DNA of 63,330 bases, counting the filler, from Alcyonidium flabelliforme (lineage: Eukaryota), in NCBI GenBank assembly GCA_026167845.1. It is 51 parts of 51 records of this genome, joined end to end, with 100 filler letters (N's around TTAATTAATTAA, not from the genome) between each part and the next. Parts side by side here need not be neighbours in the genome. Positions count along the whole stretch, not along the records: positions 1 to 1,205 come from JAOQFJ010000213.1; positions 1,306 to 2,505 come from JAOQFJ010000214.1; positions 2,606 to 3,802 come from JAOQFJ010000215.1; positions 3,903 to 5,098 come from JAOQFJ010000216.1; positions 5,199 to 6,389 come from JAOQFJ010000217.1; positions 6,490 to 7,679 come from JAOQFJ010000218.1; positions 7,780 to 8,967 come from JAOQFJ010000219.1; positions 9,068 to 10,248 come from JAOQFJ010000221.1; 43 more parts are not named here. One strand, 5' to 3'. The notes under the pieces are model-generated. The model ran no database searches and had not been told where the DNA came from. It worked only from the letters and a program-made list of their open reading frames with translations. How positions within the stretch are numbered: position 1 is the stretch's first letter; each line of letters starts with the position of its first letter. Shown here one piece after another: positions 1-10,040 of the stretch. The position numbers and the translations under genes were made by a program.

Positions 1-87
1 CGCTTTGACTTGGTCTAAGCGTCGTTTTGATTTCCGACGTACCTCGCGTGCCTGATTTTTTCCAGCGCTCTGTTTATTCTCGGCCTG

Positions 88-618
88 TTGGGTGGCGGGT
101 ACAACTGGAAAGCGGCGATGGCTCCTAAGCCCTTCCACCCATGGCTAGCAGGCGACCGAGACAAGCCACCAGAGCAACCCGCCGTCGTCGTGGAGCCACC
201 TCCGGCCGTCGACACGGACGACCCTCTCATTCTCCCGCCGATCGATCACTCACACGACGTCACGCGTCTTGAGCAAGCAGTTGCACAGCTCACGCTTGAG
301 CTCCGCGCCACCTCCACAGCTCACGGCCACGAGCACGACAATTTGACGGCGTACAATACGGAGCTTGAGGCTCTCGTGATCAAGCACAGCCAGCGGAGCG
401 ACGAATTCGATCTCCGGTTGATTGATCTCACGTCCGCTATGGATGCGTTAGACTTACGCAAGGACGCGCCGAGCGAGAGTGACGAATTGCTCGCGGCGTT
501 GCAAAAAGAACTGCGAGCGCTCACCAGCTCGTTTCACTCGTGGGTAGTTTACCGCGAGTATTTTACCGTTGATGCAAATGGCAAGTTGGTGAGGCATTGC
601 CGTTGCGCTCATCATTAG
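88..618 (+). CDS. Hypothetical protein, Pro-rich N-terminus plus coiled coil; start uncertain
   Basis: 176-aa ORF in a GC-rich contig, heptad-like LEQAVAQLTLEL; followed closely by the next RBS. Confidence 0.6.
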   Translation: MGGGYNWKAAMAPKPFHPWLAGDRDKPPEQPAVVVEPPPAVDTDDPLILPPIDHSHDVTRLEQAVAQLTLELRATSTAHGHEHDNLTAYNTELEALVIKHSQRSDEFDLRLIDLTSAMDALDLRKDAPSESDELLAALQKELRALTSSFHSWVVYREYFTVDANGKLVRHCRCAHH

Positions 619-626
619 GAGAGGCC

Positions 627-1049
627 ATGCTTATTGTGAAATTTTTTCTATCTTCGTTGGCATTGTTGATTTTGTTTTTTGGAGCCTGCTGTGTTGCGGT
701 TGGCCAGACGCAACAATCGATCAATGTGGAATCGGGGGCTCCGGCGGTAGCGGCTCCGGCCGTACAGCAAGCACGCGCGACGGTTCGTCATTCGGCACCG
801 GCACCATTCAACGAGCACGTTGCGATCATAGGCCAAGCCGTGACGGCGGTTACAGCGGCAACGGCGGTTTGTCCGATCGGCGGTTGCCGTGAAGTCGCGC
901 TGGCTCCGGCCGTTGCTGCCTTGGCTCCGTATGAGGTCAACGACGTTGAGCAACGGCACAACGAAATGTATCGAACACCGGGGCGATTGCTTCCAACGTG
1001 GCGGAGCAATTCTCGGCAAAGGATATTCAAACGATTGGGGCTCCGTTGA
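627..1049 (+). CDS. Hypothetical secreted protein
   Basis: AGGAGAGG RBS before ATG 627; signal-peptide-like MLIVKFFLSSLALLILFFGACCVAVG; CPIGGC motif. Confidence 0.65.
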   Translation: MLIVKFFLSSLALLILFFGACCVAVGQTQQSINVESGAPAVAAPAVQQARATVRHSAPAPFNEHVAIIGQAVTAVTAATAVCPIGGCREVALAPAVAALAPYEVNDVEQRHNEMYRTPGRLLPTWRSNSRQRIFKRLGLR

Positions 1050-1205
1050 AAACGCTTAATATAGCGCTGTTAGCGCTACTGCTGGTTTTCTCCCACATCA
1101 CGTTGGCTCTTGGGCAGGTGATGTGGGAGTTGGAAAGGCCAGAGCCGCTTGATCGTGCCGTTGTCGTGGTCCGGATGGTAACGGGTGACGCTGGCAATCA
1201 ATTGA
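1046..1205 (+). CDS. Secreted protein N-terminus, 3' truncated
   Basis: TTG start overlapping the upstream TGA; hydrophobic signal LNIALLALLLVFSHITLALG. Confidence 0.45.
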
Positions 1206-1305
1206 NNNNNNNNNNNNNNNNNNNNNNNNNNNNNNNNNNNNNNNNNNNNTTAATTAATTAANNNNNNNNNNNNNNNNNNNNNNNNNNNNNNNNNNNNNNN
1301 NNNNN
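1206..1305. other. Artificial 100-nt contig spacer (N-run, TTAATTAATTAA, N-run); first of 50 such spacers
   Basis: Identical spacer recurs every ~1.2-1.3 kb; TTAATTAATTAA gives stops in all six frames; composition changes abruptly across each spacer. Confidence 0.99.
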
Positions 1306-1329
1306 TCCTTTTTCTGTCTGCTGCTACAA

Positions 1330-1408
1330 TTCATGCTTGATAGTTCATGCTTTGATACCATTCATGCTTGATAGTTCATGCTTTGATACCATTCATACTT
1401 TGATAGTT
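1330..1408. repeat. Short tandem repeat (~31-bp unit TTCATGCTTGATAGTTCATGCTTTGATACCA)
   Basis: Two full copies plus a partial copy visible. Confidence 0.85.
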
Positions 1409-1629
1409 GCATCTTCAAAGCAAAACACCCAACACATACTCTTCAATCGTTTTATATGATAGAAAATCTTTGTTTGAGTACACAATCATTAAATTTCGTA
1501 CAAGTTCTATTTGAACGTATATTGATTCATTATGTAATAACAACAATTTATCATTAATTTATTTATCATCACCAATAAATTTATTTTCATGGTTTTGTTT
1601 TATACATCTAACTCCAGCTTTTAACTATC

Positions 1630-1730
1630 GACTACTGCTGCTGCTGCTACCACCACTACTACTACCACTACTATTATCACTACTACTACTGCCACTATTA
1701 CTACTACTAACATTACTACTCTTATTGCCA
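1630..1730. repeat. Degenerate (CTA/CTG/CCA)n microsatellite
   Basis: Direct reading of sequence. Confidence 0.85.
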
Positions 1731-1967
1731 GCTGACTTTTGCTTTTACTAACTGATTATTTGACTTTTCTTTTGAAGTTTTAAATTATTTAAATTTCTTT
1801 TTCTACTTTCTAATCTACTGTTGATTTTTTTTACACTACCCTTCCTACTACTACCCACCTATATTTATTTTAATTATACATTATAATAATTTTAAATAAA
1901 TCTATATCAAAATGTAGTAGGTTTTTTTTACAGCAACATTGTTATTTAAAATGTTATAAAAAATGTC

Positions 1968-2505
1968 ATGTCAAATCATACTACACCCACCAATAGAAGA
2001 GGAGGTAGACCTCGTCTTAGTGGAAGTAGAGTTGGACGACGCCGCATAGCGATTGTGCAACGTCTGCCTTTCACTTGTACTGTATATCAATATCAAGCTA
2101 GAAATCCTAATGCCAACCGAAATGCTGCGAATGCACAGGATAATTATGCGGTAGCAGAACAACATCATGGCAATGTAAACCAACATCAACATGTCCATCT
2201 TGGTCATATTTCCGATTCTGATGATGACTTCGAGATGCCAGATGCATTACCTCCATTTGCTCAAAGAGCTTTCCATGCTCTAAATGATCCAGATTTCTTA
2301 TCAAGACGTAGAAATTTATTTGAAAAACCAGACAACATATCTGAATTAACTTGTCAACATTGCAAAGAAAGACATTTCATTACACAAAATGCTGTCGTTC
2401 AATCATGTAAGCGCTGCAACAAACCAGGGCAACAAGTTAAATATTCTGCTGCCAACAATATGGACCTAGGTCCTATGGTATCTGAGATTTCAGGTTTAAC
2501 AGCTG
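1968..2505 (+). CDS. Helitron-type Rep/Pif1 helicase N-terminal region (DUF6570-like), 3' truncated
   Basis: CxxCxE...CxxC followed by KYSAANNMDLGPMVSEISGLT, matching the FS..NNMDPG.VP.EL..LT motif that opens this domain. Confidence 0.7.
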
Positions 2506-2606
2506 NNNNNNNNNNNNNNNNNNNNNNNNNNNNNNNNNNNNNNNNNNNNTTAATTAATTAANNNNNNNNNNNNNNNNNNNNNNNNNNNNNNNNNNNNNNN
2601 NNNNNT

Positions 2607-2842
2607 TGTTGTTGTGTATGCGGCAATTATTCTAACTACACGCCGGATTTCACTCTGTTTAACTTCCCCAAAGACAAACATGTGGCCACTCTATGGCATC
2701 GATTTGTTAATCGGACCAGAAAATGGGAAATGACGGTGGACCAGGCCATTTCGCGAAAGGCAACCATTTGTAAAGCGCACTTCGCCGAAAGCTGTTTTGA
2801 CCCTGTGCAGATACGGAAGTTTGACTCGGGCATTTACCCAAA
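2607..2842 (+). CDS. THAP zinc-finger exon (absent from ORF track), 5' truncated
   Basis: Translates CCCVCGN...LFNFPKD...LWHRFV...ICKAHFAESCF (C2CH with FP, W, C..HF); ends at GTAAGT splice donor 2843-2848. Confidence 0.85.
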
Positions 2843-3902
2843 GTAAGTTTAATTAATCAGCTGTTAATATTCGATTCGGAAACTGTATGAGTTTGACTTT
2901 GTTGTAGGCCTATTTTATTCAACAAAGCCAGCTCAGCAAATCCCTGATTGTACAGTGTACCCGGGCGTTTTTATTTATCTTCCGGCTGTTGACGTCACAT
3001 TCAAGGCTACCGAGGTTCCTGCATCACGGACATTCAAATTCAAGGGCACCGTACTTCGCATATCACAGACTACCCGTTAAAAACAAAAAATATTTTAAAA
3101 ATACTAAGACGGTATTTTTTGAGTTGGAAGCATTGCATTTTTGAAATGTATACATTTTGCTACTTAGTAGTAATTTTTAATCAAAAAACACGCAAAAGTG
3201 TGCAAATGGCTCTTTAACTTTTTAACAAATCACACATTTTGCTACCAAAAACATGCTCTTAAACCGAAATATAATCAAGATATATCTACTATGTGGCTTT
3301 GACTTCCCTATTTGGCGGCCATTTTGAATTTACGTCATAAAAGATACTTTTCGAAAATTTTAAAATATTACAGGTTGAATAAGCATGTGTCTTCTTTCTA
3401 AAAATGCATGTTTTTACATTAATTCCAATATCCTTTATCGAGTAATAGCTGAAATGCAACCATCACTCGTTTTTAAAATTTCGGTTAGGAGACCGTTATA
3501 GATTTTGGTCAACAAAACACTTTCCCCAAAGATGCCACGATGGCATCCTGCTGATTTATCATCAGTAAGGTCTCCTCTATCAGAAACAGCAATAATATTG
3601 CTGTTATCAGAGAAAACAAGGTTCGGCCAAATATTCGATTCTGCATCAGGACTAAAGCGAGTGATTTTACGATTATTGTGATTTGAAATGAAGTGATGTA
3701 ATGTTGTATAGCACCGTTTTTGAGATGTAGCTCAGGCATCGAGATAGAGTACACGTAGTTTCACCTATATATCTGGATTTGCAGTTTAGCTAGAACCAAT
3801 CTNNNNNNNNNNNNNNNNNNNNNNNNNNNNNNNNNNNNNNNNNNNNTTAATTAATTAANNNNNNNNNNNNNNNNNNNNNNNNNNNNNNNNNNNNNNNNNN
3901 NN

Positions 3903-5098
3903 TAAGTAAGGTAGCCATTATTTGGATCTTTACTATCTGTCGATGATATAATATACCCACTATTAGTACTATCTTGAACAGCCATACCTTTTTGATTTTT
4001 CTTGAGATAGTAGCGAATGTTCTTATCAGTGACTAACCACTTATCATCATAACTCCCAGGTATGATACCTTGTGCTATTGAATCATAAGTAGATAAAGCA
4101 TTTGCATTATTTCCATTACTTGTTTCTACTCTAACTGTACGATACTTATCTGGCTTACAGTCAAGAATGGGGATATTGCTGCTATTTGAATCGGAGCTAT
4201 TAGAGTATAAAGTAGTTATTCCACCTGAGTTACTATCGCATGCCTGTATAGTATATGTATGGTCATTTTTTTTGCCGCTATAAACTACTCTTCCCAATAC
4301 CTTATAAGCGGTTCCAGCTTCTACTGTCTTAACGGTATTTGTACCCATCATATAGGCTCCCGCTTCAGCATAAGCGTTAGCAGCAGGCGTACCGTTATAA
4401 ACGGTCAACCCCTTTACAGCATTGATGAGTCTTATACGTTGAGCATCATCTAACTTTCTAGCAGGTATGATAACGCTACCTGCCTTACTATCGGCTAGGC
4501 CATCGCCATCTTTATCGACAGAGTAATGACCCAAACCAATCATGTTTTTTTCTGATAAAGTGTAATTCCCGTTACTGTCTTTTTGTGAAAACAATTGAAT
4601 CAATGCATCTTGTAGCATAGTAATACGGTCATAATAATTTGAACTATTGCTATTTTCTTTCCATGTATTGCCATTCCAATAGCCTTTTTTACAACTTTTT
4701 AAGCTGTAATCGATCTTTGTATTACCGATCATAACGCTTTTATTATCTGCTGATCCATGAACTTTAAAAGCATTAGCATTTTTATAAGACCAGCGGCTTT
4801 TGCTTGTATCATCCCAGACGCAGCTAAAGCCATAATCTTCAACCATACTATCGACTGCATAGTCAGACCTAGTACTGGTTCCCATAGAGCCTGATGTATC
4901 AAGCATCAGAGTCAGTACCGCACCACCTGACTCAGCTGCTTTGTATATCTCAAGGTCACCCAAGTCATTTTTACCAGCATTGACAGGTATGGCTATCATA
5001 GAGAGCGCGATAGCACAAGAAAGCGGCAACATCAGAGGCTTAACAATCTGATTAACTCTAGAGCACTTTGAGTGTTGGCTGATATTATTTTTTAAAAT
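3903..5098 (-). CDS. pilY1: Type IV pilus tip adhesin PilY1/PilC with vWA domain, partial (Moraxellaceae-like)
   Basis: Signal peptide, GDLEIY, MIDAS-like LMLDTSGSM, GTPAANAYAEAGAYMMG. Confidence 0.8.
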
Positions 5099-5461
5099 NN
5101 NNNNNNNNNNNNNNNNNNNNNNNNNNNNNNNNNNNNNNNNNNTTAATTAATTAANNNNNNNNNNNNNNNNNNNNNNNNNNNNNNNNNNNNNNNNNNNNCT
5201 TCTTTGAAACCCAAACAAGACAATTGCCAAACATGTTTGATAATAATAATAATAATCAACTTTGATGAACGTGTTTCAGTAATTGAGATCCAAAGCCAAA
5301 ATTGTTAAACAGTACATTGTCACCGATTTTTTAAGAAATACTATTGAATCCCGTGAAGGAAATTCCAACATAAACAAAGGTACGATGAAATAGATTGTTC
5401 ATTCTCTCCCGAACATGATATATAAAATTGTTCACTTACTGGGTGAGATTTCTTTTTGATG

Positions 5462-5504
5462 GTCAGACGTTTCAACCCAGCTACTCTGGGCTTTTTTCGA
5501 TGAC
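5462..5504 (-). ncRNA. Degenerate minimal hammerhead ribozyme motif
   Basis: Minus strand GTCA-TCGAAAA-A-AGCCCAG agtag CTGGGTT-GAAA-CG-TC-TGAC; stems I and II intact, CUGANGA core mutated. Confidence 0.6.
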
Positions 5505-6389
5505 TGATGTGTTGGCGGACTTCTTTTGACTGAGCACTTGATTGTATACTTGCGCGAGAACTACTCCACTGTCTCGGTTCAACAGGGGGCGCTGTTTCCT
5601 GATTTCTATCGCTTCTTTGATTTTCCGCGAATACCAATGTTGTTCTCTACCAATGATATTAGAGTTTTGGAGAGATACAGTATGTCCAGTATTCATGGTA
5701 TGTTCTCCAACTGCCGTGGGTCTATCAAGTTTCTTGTGTTCTTTTAATCTTGTGCCGAAATTCCTCTTGGTTTCACCAATATAGATATGGTTAGGATTCT
5801 GGTCACAAAATAACTGATAAATAACGTAAGATTGTTTCTCGATCGGGGTTCTGTCTAGGTTTAACCAATTGATTGCGGATGGTGTTGAATGGTTTCATAT
5901 AAGAGTTAACACCATGAGACTTATACGTCCGTCTGAGTTTTTCTGACAGACCTTTGATGTACGGAATGGCCACTGTTGGACCATTTTGTCTTTCATAGGG
6001 TTTATGGTGGGGATGTTGATTGTAGATCCAATCCTCATAACCATTAACTCTTAACGCATTCCTGACATGATTGATTTCCTGCATACAGTCCTCATCATCT
6101 GTGACGTATTTCTCAGCTCTGTATAAGAGCGTACGCGCTACTGATTGTTTATGTTGTAGTGGATGATTTGAAGAGAAATTAAGATATTGGTCCGTATGAG
6201 TAGGTTTACGATAAATGGTGATCTTAGTAGAACCATCCTCATCAATATGAATGCACAAATCCAGAAAAGGTAACACTCCGTTGGTCTCCGGTTCATTAGT
6301 GAATTTAATACATGCGTCGATACTGTTGATGTGCTCAGATACCCGAGAAAGATATCACAAATTCTACTGATCACATCAACAGTATCGAC
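5481..6389 (-). mobile_element. Penelope-like retroelement, RT C-terminus plus GIY-YIG endonuclease, frameshifted
   Basis: LPFLDL, IYRKPTHTDQYLNFSSNHP, IPYIKGLSEKL, YIGETKR in another frame, RKIKEAIEI..LNRDSG. Confidence 0.92.
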
Positions 6390-6489
6390 NNNNNNNNNNN
6401 NNNNNNNNNNNNNNNNNNNNNNNNNNNNNNNNNTTAATTAATTAANNNNNNNNNNNNNNNNNNNNNNNNNNNNNNNNNNNNNNNNNNNN

Positions 6490-7679
6490 TTGTGGTCGGA
6501 ATTCAGGCCGAAAAGGTGCAAAATTGCCAAAGTTCATGTAATCATTCTCGAAAAACGTGCACCCCAGCCCTCGAAAACTTACTGCCCTTGGAAAGACCTT
6601 TCATAGCAGATTCAATAAAAACATGAGGATTGGTATGGCATTCACCTCGATTTCTTGCAAAGTTGACAGATGTTCACCCTACTCAAATTCACCGCCAAAA
6701 TGGCGGCTTTATTTTGGCTGGCTGACAGTTGGGTTTTTAGTTTCGTATCACACCCTAGAGACATGTAAAGTGGCCAATGACCCTGATTTTGATTTTTTTT
6801 ATTTCTAGAACATGATTCTCTGCAAGATTAATTCACATTCACAAACATTAAAAATCATTTAATGCCTTAATATGCACTCAGAAGTGGGATCAGTCTTGGT
6901 TCCTAGAATTCCCCCCTCTCATTAGTGCCAAACTAATGTATAAAACTGTTGATAACTACCTTATTGACAAAAAATTAATTCTGACCCCAACTTTTTTTTT
7001 GATTTTCTAGTTTTTTACATTATTTGGACTGAGAAAATGTGAATTTTGATACAGGGAAAAAGATATTTGACCAAAAACAGAACAATCAAAAATCAAGGAA
7101 AAATCACTATTTTTGAGACTTTTTCATACAGCTGTGGCCGCCCCATACTGACATTTTTCAAAGACATTTTTTGTCAATTTGAAGGGCAACCCAGAAATAT
7201 GGTTTTGCATGTAGACTTGGAACAGTGTTCTTGGTATTTTAAAATAATCTCACCACGAAATCTGCAACAAAAAAAATTGCATGTACCACATACCCTCTAT
7301 AAGGCGGTATTCAATAGTTTTCTCCAATTTCAGCTGGGTCGAGAGGAGTCGCTCTCTTTACTGCTCTCTGACAGGCTATACACACTGCACTGAAATAAAA
7401 GATGTGGTTTTTTAATGAGACAAGTCCAGAAAGATTCTAAAATGCCCAAAATATTGAACAATAAAGCCCTTTTTAAAATCTAGCATGGTCTCAAACTGTC
7501 AACTTTGTGGTCGGAATTCAGGCCGAAAAGGTGCAAAATTGTCAAAGTTCATGTAATCATTCTCGCAAAACGTGCACCCCAGCCCTCGAAAACTTACTGC
7601 CCTTGGAAAGACCTTTCATGGTAGATTCAATAAAAACATGAGGATTGGTATGGCATTCACCTCGATTTCTTGCAAAGTT
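6490..7679. repeat. Large-unit tandem repeat (period 1,015 bp)
   Basis: 6490-6664 recurs at 7505-7679 with 4 mismatches; no credible ORF. Confidence 0.85.
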
Positions 7680-7779
7680 NNNNNNNNNNNNNNNNNNNNN
7701 NNNNNNNNNNNNNNNNNNNNNNNTTAATTAATTAANNNNNNNNNNNNNNNNNNNNNNNNNNNNNNNNNNNNNNNNNNNN

Positions 7780-8967
7780 TAATTTTATCCTTTTTTACCA
7801 CCCATGCATACGTATTTGCATCAAAGGAGTGATAGGAAGTAGGCACTTGAACATTTAGCAACAATACATTCACAACTTCATCTTGTATTGATATTTTCCA
7901 AATGTCTCCACCTTCTTCATTTTCAACCCAGGACTGTGACATTTCGAGGTCTGTTAACACTTCCTCTGCCACGGTTTTGTATGCTGCCTCATTATCAAGT
8001 TCGTAGTCATTGCGAACAAATTCCATCACACCTTTATCGCGCTCTACTACGATAACCTTTTCATTGTCTCGCAATAGAACATGGACACCATTTTGCGATG
8101 GCAACTTACTCACTTGTTCCAAACACCATTTTAATAAATCATTGGTGATAGATGACTCCGAACTGAACAGCAAAGCAGATTCATCCTCTTTTATCCCTGT
8201 ATTGTCAACATTACTCGGTGAATCACTAAGTTCAACGTGTGAAAATGGTACTTTACTCGTACCTTTCACTTCATTTGCTGCCGATTCGCCTTCTTCTGTT
8301 TCTGAAACGTTATCAAGACCTGGCGACGATGTTGTTGATGCAAGAAATGCAGTAAATTCATCCAACGCATCGGCAGACGAATTTACCGGCGCTTCCTCTT
8401 TGGTTGCTTGGGATGATGATTTATTTTCAGATGACGATACGAATTCAGCCGAATCATCACTTATTGGTGCGACTTGATTATCAGTAATACTCTGCAACTC
8501 TACTGGAACTTGGTCAGTATCTTTACCATCAGGTTCACTATCAAATATAGACAAATCTAATCCGTCATTACTCGATTTTTTGTCAGAGGTTACAGGTTTG
8601 TCATCCTCAGACTGTTTAGTCTGCTCACTGCTATCCAGCAAATCATCGAGTGAAACATTATCGTCGCCACCGCCTAGCCCACTAATCAGATCGTCGAGTG
8701 AATTACTTTTATCAGGGTCCTCACTTTCCACAGGCACAGCTTCAGAAATATCAACTTGGGGTAGATTTTCAACGGAACGACCTAATGGCGCTGATCGCAT
8801 ATCGGCCAATACGCCTGAAAAAAGCCCTTTTTCACCATTGCTATAAATAGAGTCGATTAACCCTTTCAAAACTTCAGGCTTACTGTGCAACCACTTCCAC
8901 CCAGTATCGTTCATCATCGTATTGAATATGGATATCGCGTAGACATAAGCAGGATAAAGGCGGCTTA
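7780..8967 (-). CDS. Acidic low-complexity bacterial protein, possibly the C-terminal part of a MOBH (TraI_2) relaxase; 5' truncated
   Basis: Frame open across the whole contig; GWKWLHSKPEVLKGLIDSIY...GLFSGVLADMRS resembles the end of MOBH HD domains, followed by a long D/E/S linker. Confidence 0.35.
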
Positions 8968-9386
8968 NNNNNNNNNNNNNNNNNNNNNNNNNNNNNNNNN
9001 NNNNNNNNNNNTTAATTAATTAANNNNNNNNNNNNNNNNNNNNNNNNNNNNNNNNNNNNNNNNNNNNAAAACTCGACCGTCTAGGAAAGCGATTTGAGGT
9101 GGTAATTACCATCTTGAGTGAGGATTGAGGAGCTATGGGCAATACTCACCCTAAGAGCTTGAATACAAGCCCTTAGAGCAGTTACCCTGATAATCACCAC
9201 CTCTCGGTCGGAAAGTATCGCAAGGGAGCATATCACCGTGTACGGCTATGCCTGTATTGATTATGACGTACAACGCCACCACAAGACCGTCAATACCTCT
9301 GTAACGTCAAACTGCTGTCAAGGGCTTAATACCCAATATAACGCGCTTAGAACGGCTTACAGACACTCATACGGTTGCCAAATCTC

Positions 9387-9415
9387 TTGTGTAACCCCAG
9401 TCAATGGCTTATAAT
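9387..9415 (+). promoter_or_regulatory. Sigma70-type promoter
   Basis: TTGTGT (9387-9392) - 17 nt - TATAAT (9410-9415). Confidence 0.7.
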
Positions 9416-9421
9416 TCCTAA

Positions 9422-9503
9422 ATACAGTAGCTGGCGTCGCTTATTCCTTCCACCCTACTGTATCGCACCCCAGTGAGCTACAACTCATGTGGGGGTTTTT
9501 TTT
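9422..9503 (+). ncRNA. Candidate antisense copy-number RNA (RNA I-like), ~82 nt, two stem-loops
   Basis: Starts just after the promoter; perfect 9-bp stem ATACAGTAG/CTACTGTAT; second hairpin followed by T8. Confidence 0.65.
9467..9503 (+). terminator. Intrinsic terminator
   Basis: ACCCCA-GTGAG ctacaa CTCA-TG-TGGGGG hairpin followed by TTTTTTTT. Confidence 0.75.
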
Positions 9504-9527
9504 GCCTAAAATTAGGCCCTGGGGAGC

Positions 9528-9557
9528 ATTAAACACTACAACGGTCTAGGACGTCAA
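9528..9557 (-). promoter_or_regulatory. Convergent sigma70-type promoter (RNA II-like primer transcript)
   Basis: Minus strand TTGACG - 18 nt - TTTAAT, pointing through the antisense of 9422-9503. Confidence 0.55.
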
Positions 9558-9590
9558 GCGTCAGCTTATATTTAAGAAATTCTAAACAAC

Positions 9591-9616
9591 AAAAAGCCCC
9601 TGTAGGCACTGAGGGG
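9591..9616 (-). terminator. Intrinsic terminator
   Basis: Minus strand CCCCT cagtgcctac AGGGG then CTTTTT. Confidence 0.6.
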
Positions 9617-10015
9617 TAGTCAATGCGCACAAGGGCGAATTTGTCGGTATCCTTTATCGGTAGCGATCCGAGTTATACCGTTTTTTACGTAAATATCTGC
9701 AGCCGTGTCCTGTCAATGCTCATCGTTATACCATGCAGCCAGCACAGGTGTATTATAACACGCAAAGCCATGCTACGCATAGCTTTAAGGTGTATATTGC
9801 GTCGCAATATACAAAAAAAAGATGTTATCTGGAAAAAAGACAAAAAGACCCGCTCGGGGGCTGGTGTGTGGCTCAATGACAATCATTGGGATATGCCCGA
9901 CATCGGGACAAAAAGCCACTACTAAAGTATGTGGCTGTATTCGTAGGTTTTCGCGCGTGTGTGCGTTGGCGGTCGGGGGAGCGCAAGCCACCACACGCGC
10001 TATTTCAAGCGGTGA

Positions 10016-10040
10016 GACTTTTTACAAGTCGTAAGTGCGC
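10016..10040 (+). promoter_or_regulatory. MOBQ-type oriT-like site
   Basis: Inverted repeat GACTT-tttac-AAGTC immediately followed by G-TAAGTGCGC, the RSF1010/pSC101-family nic core (the usual downstream CCT is replaced by ATT). Confidence 0.65.
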
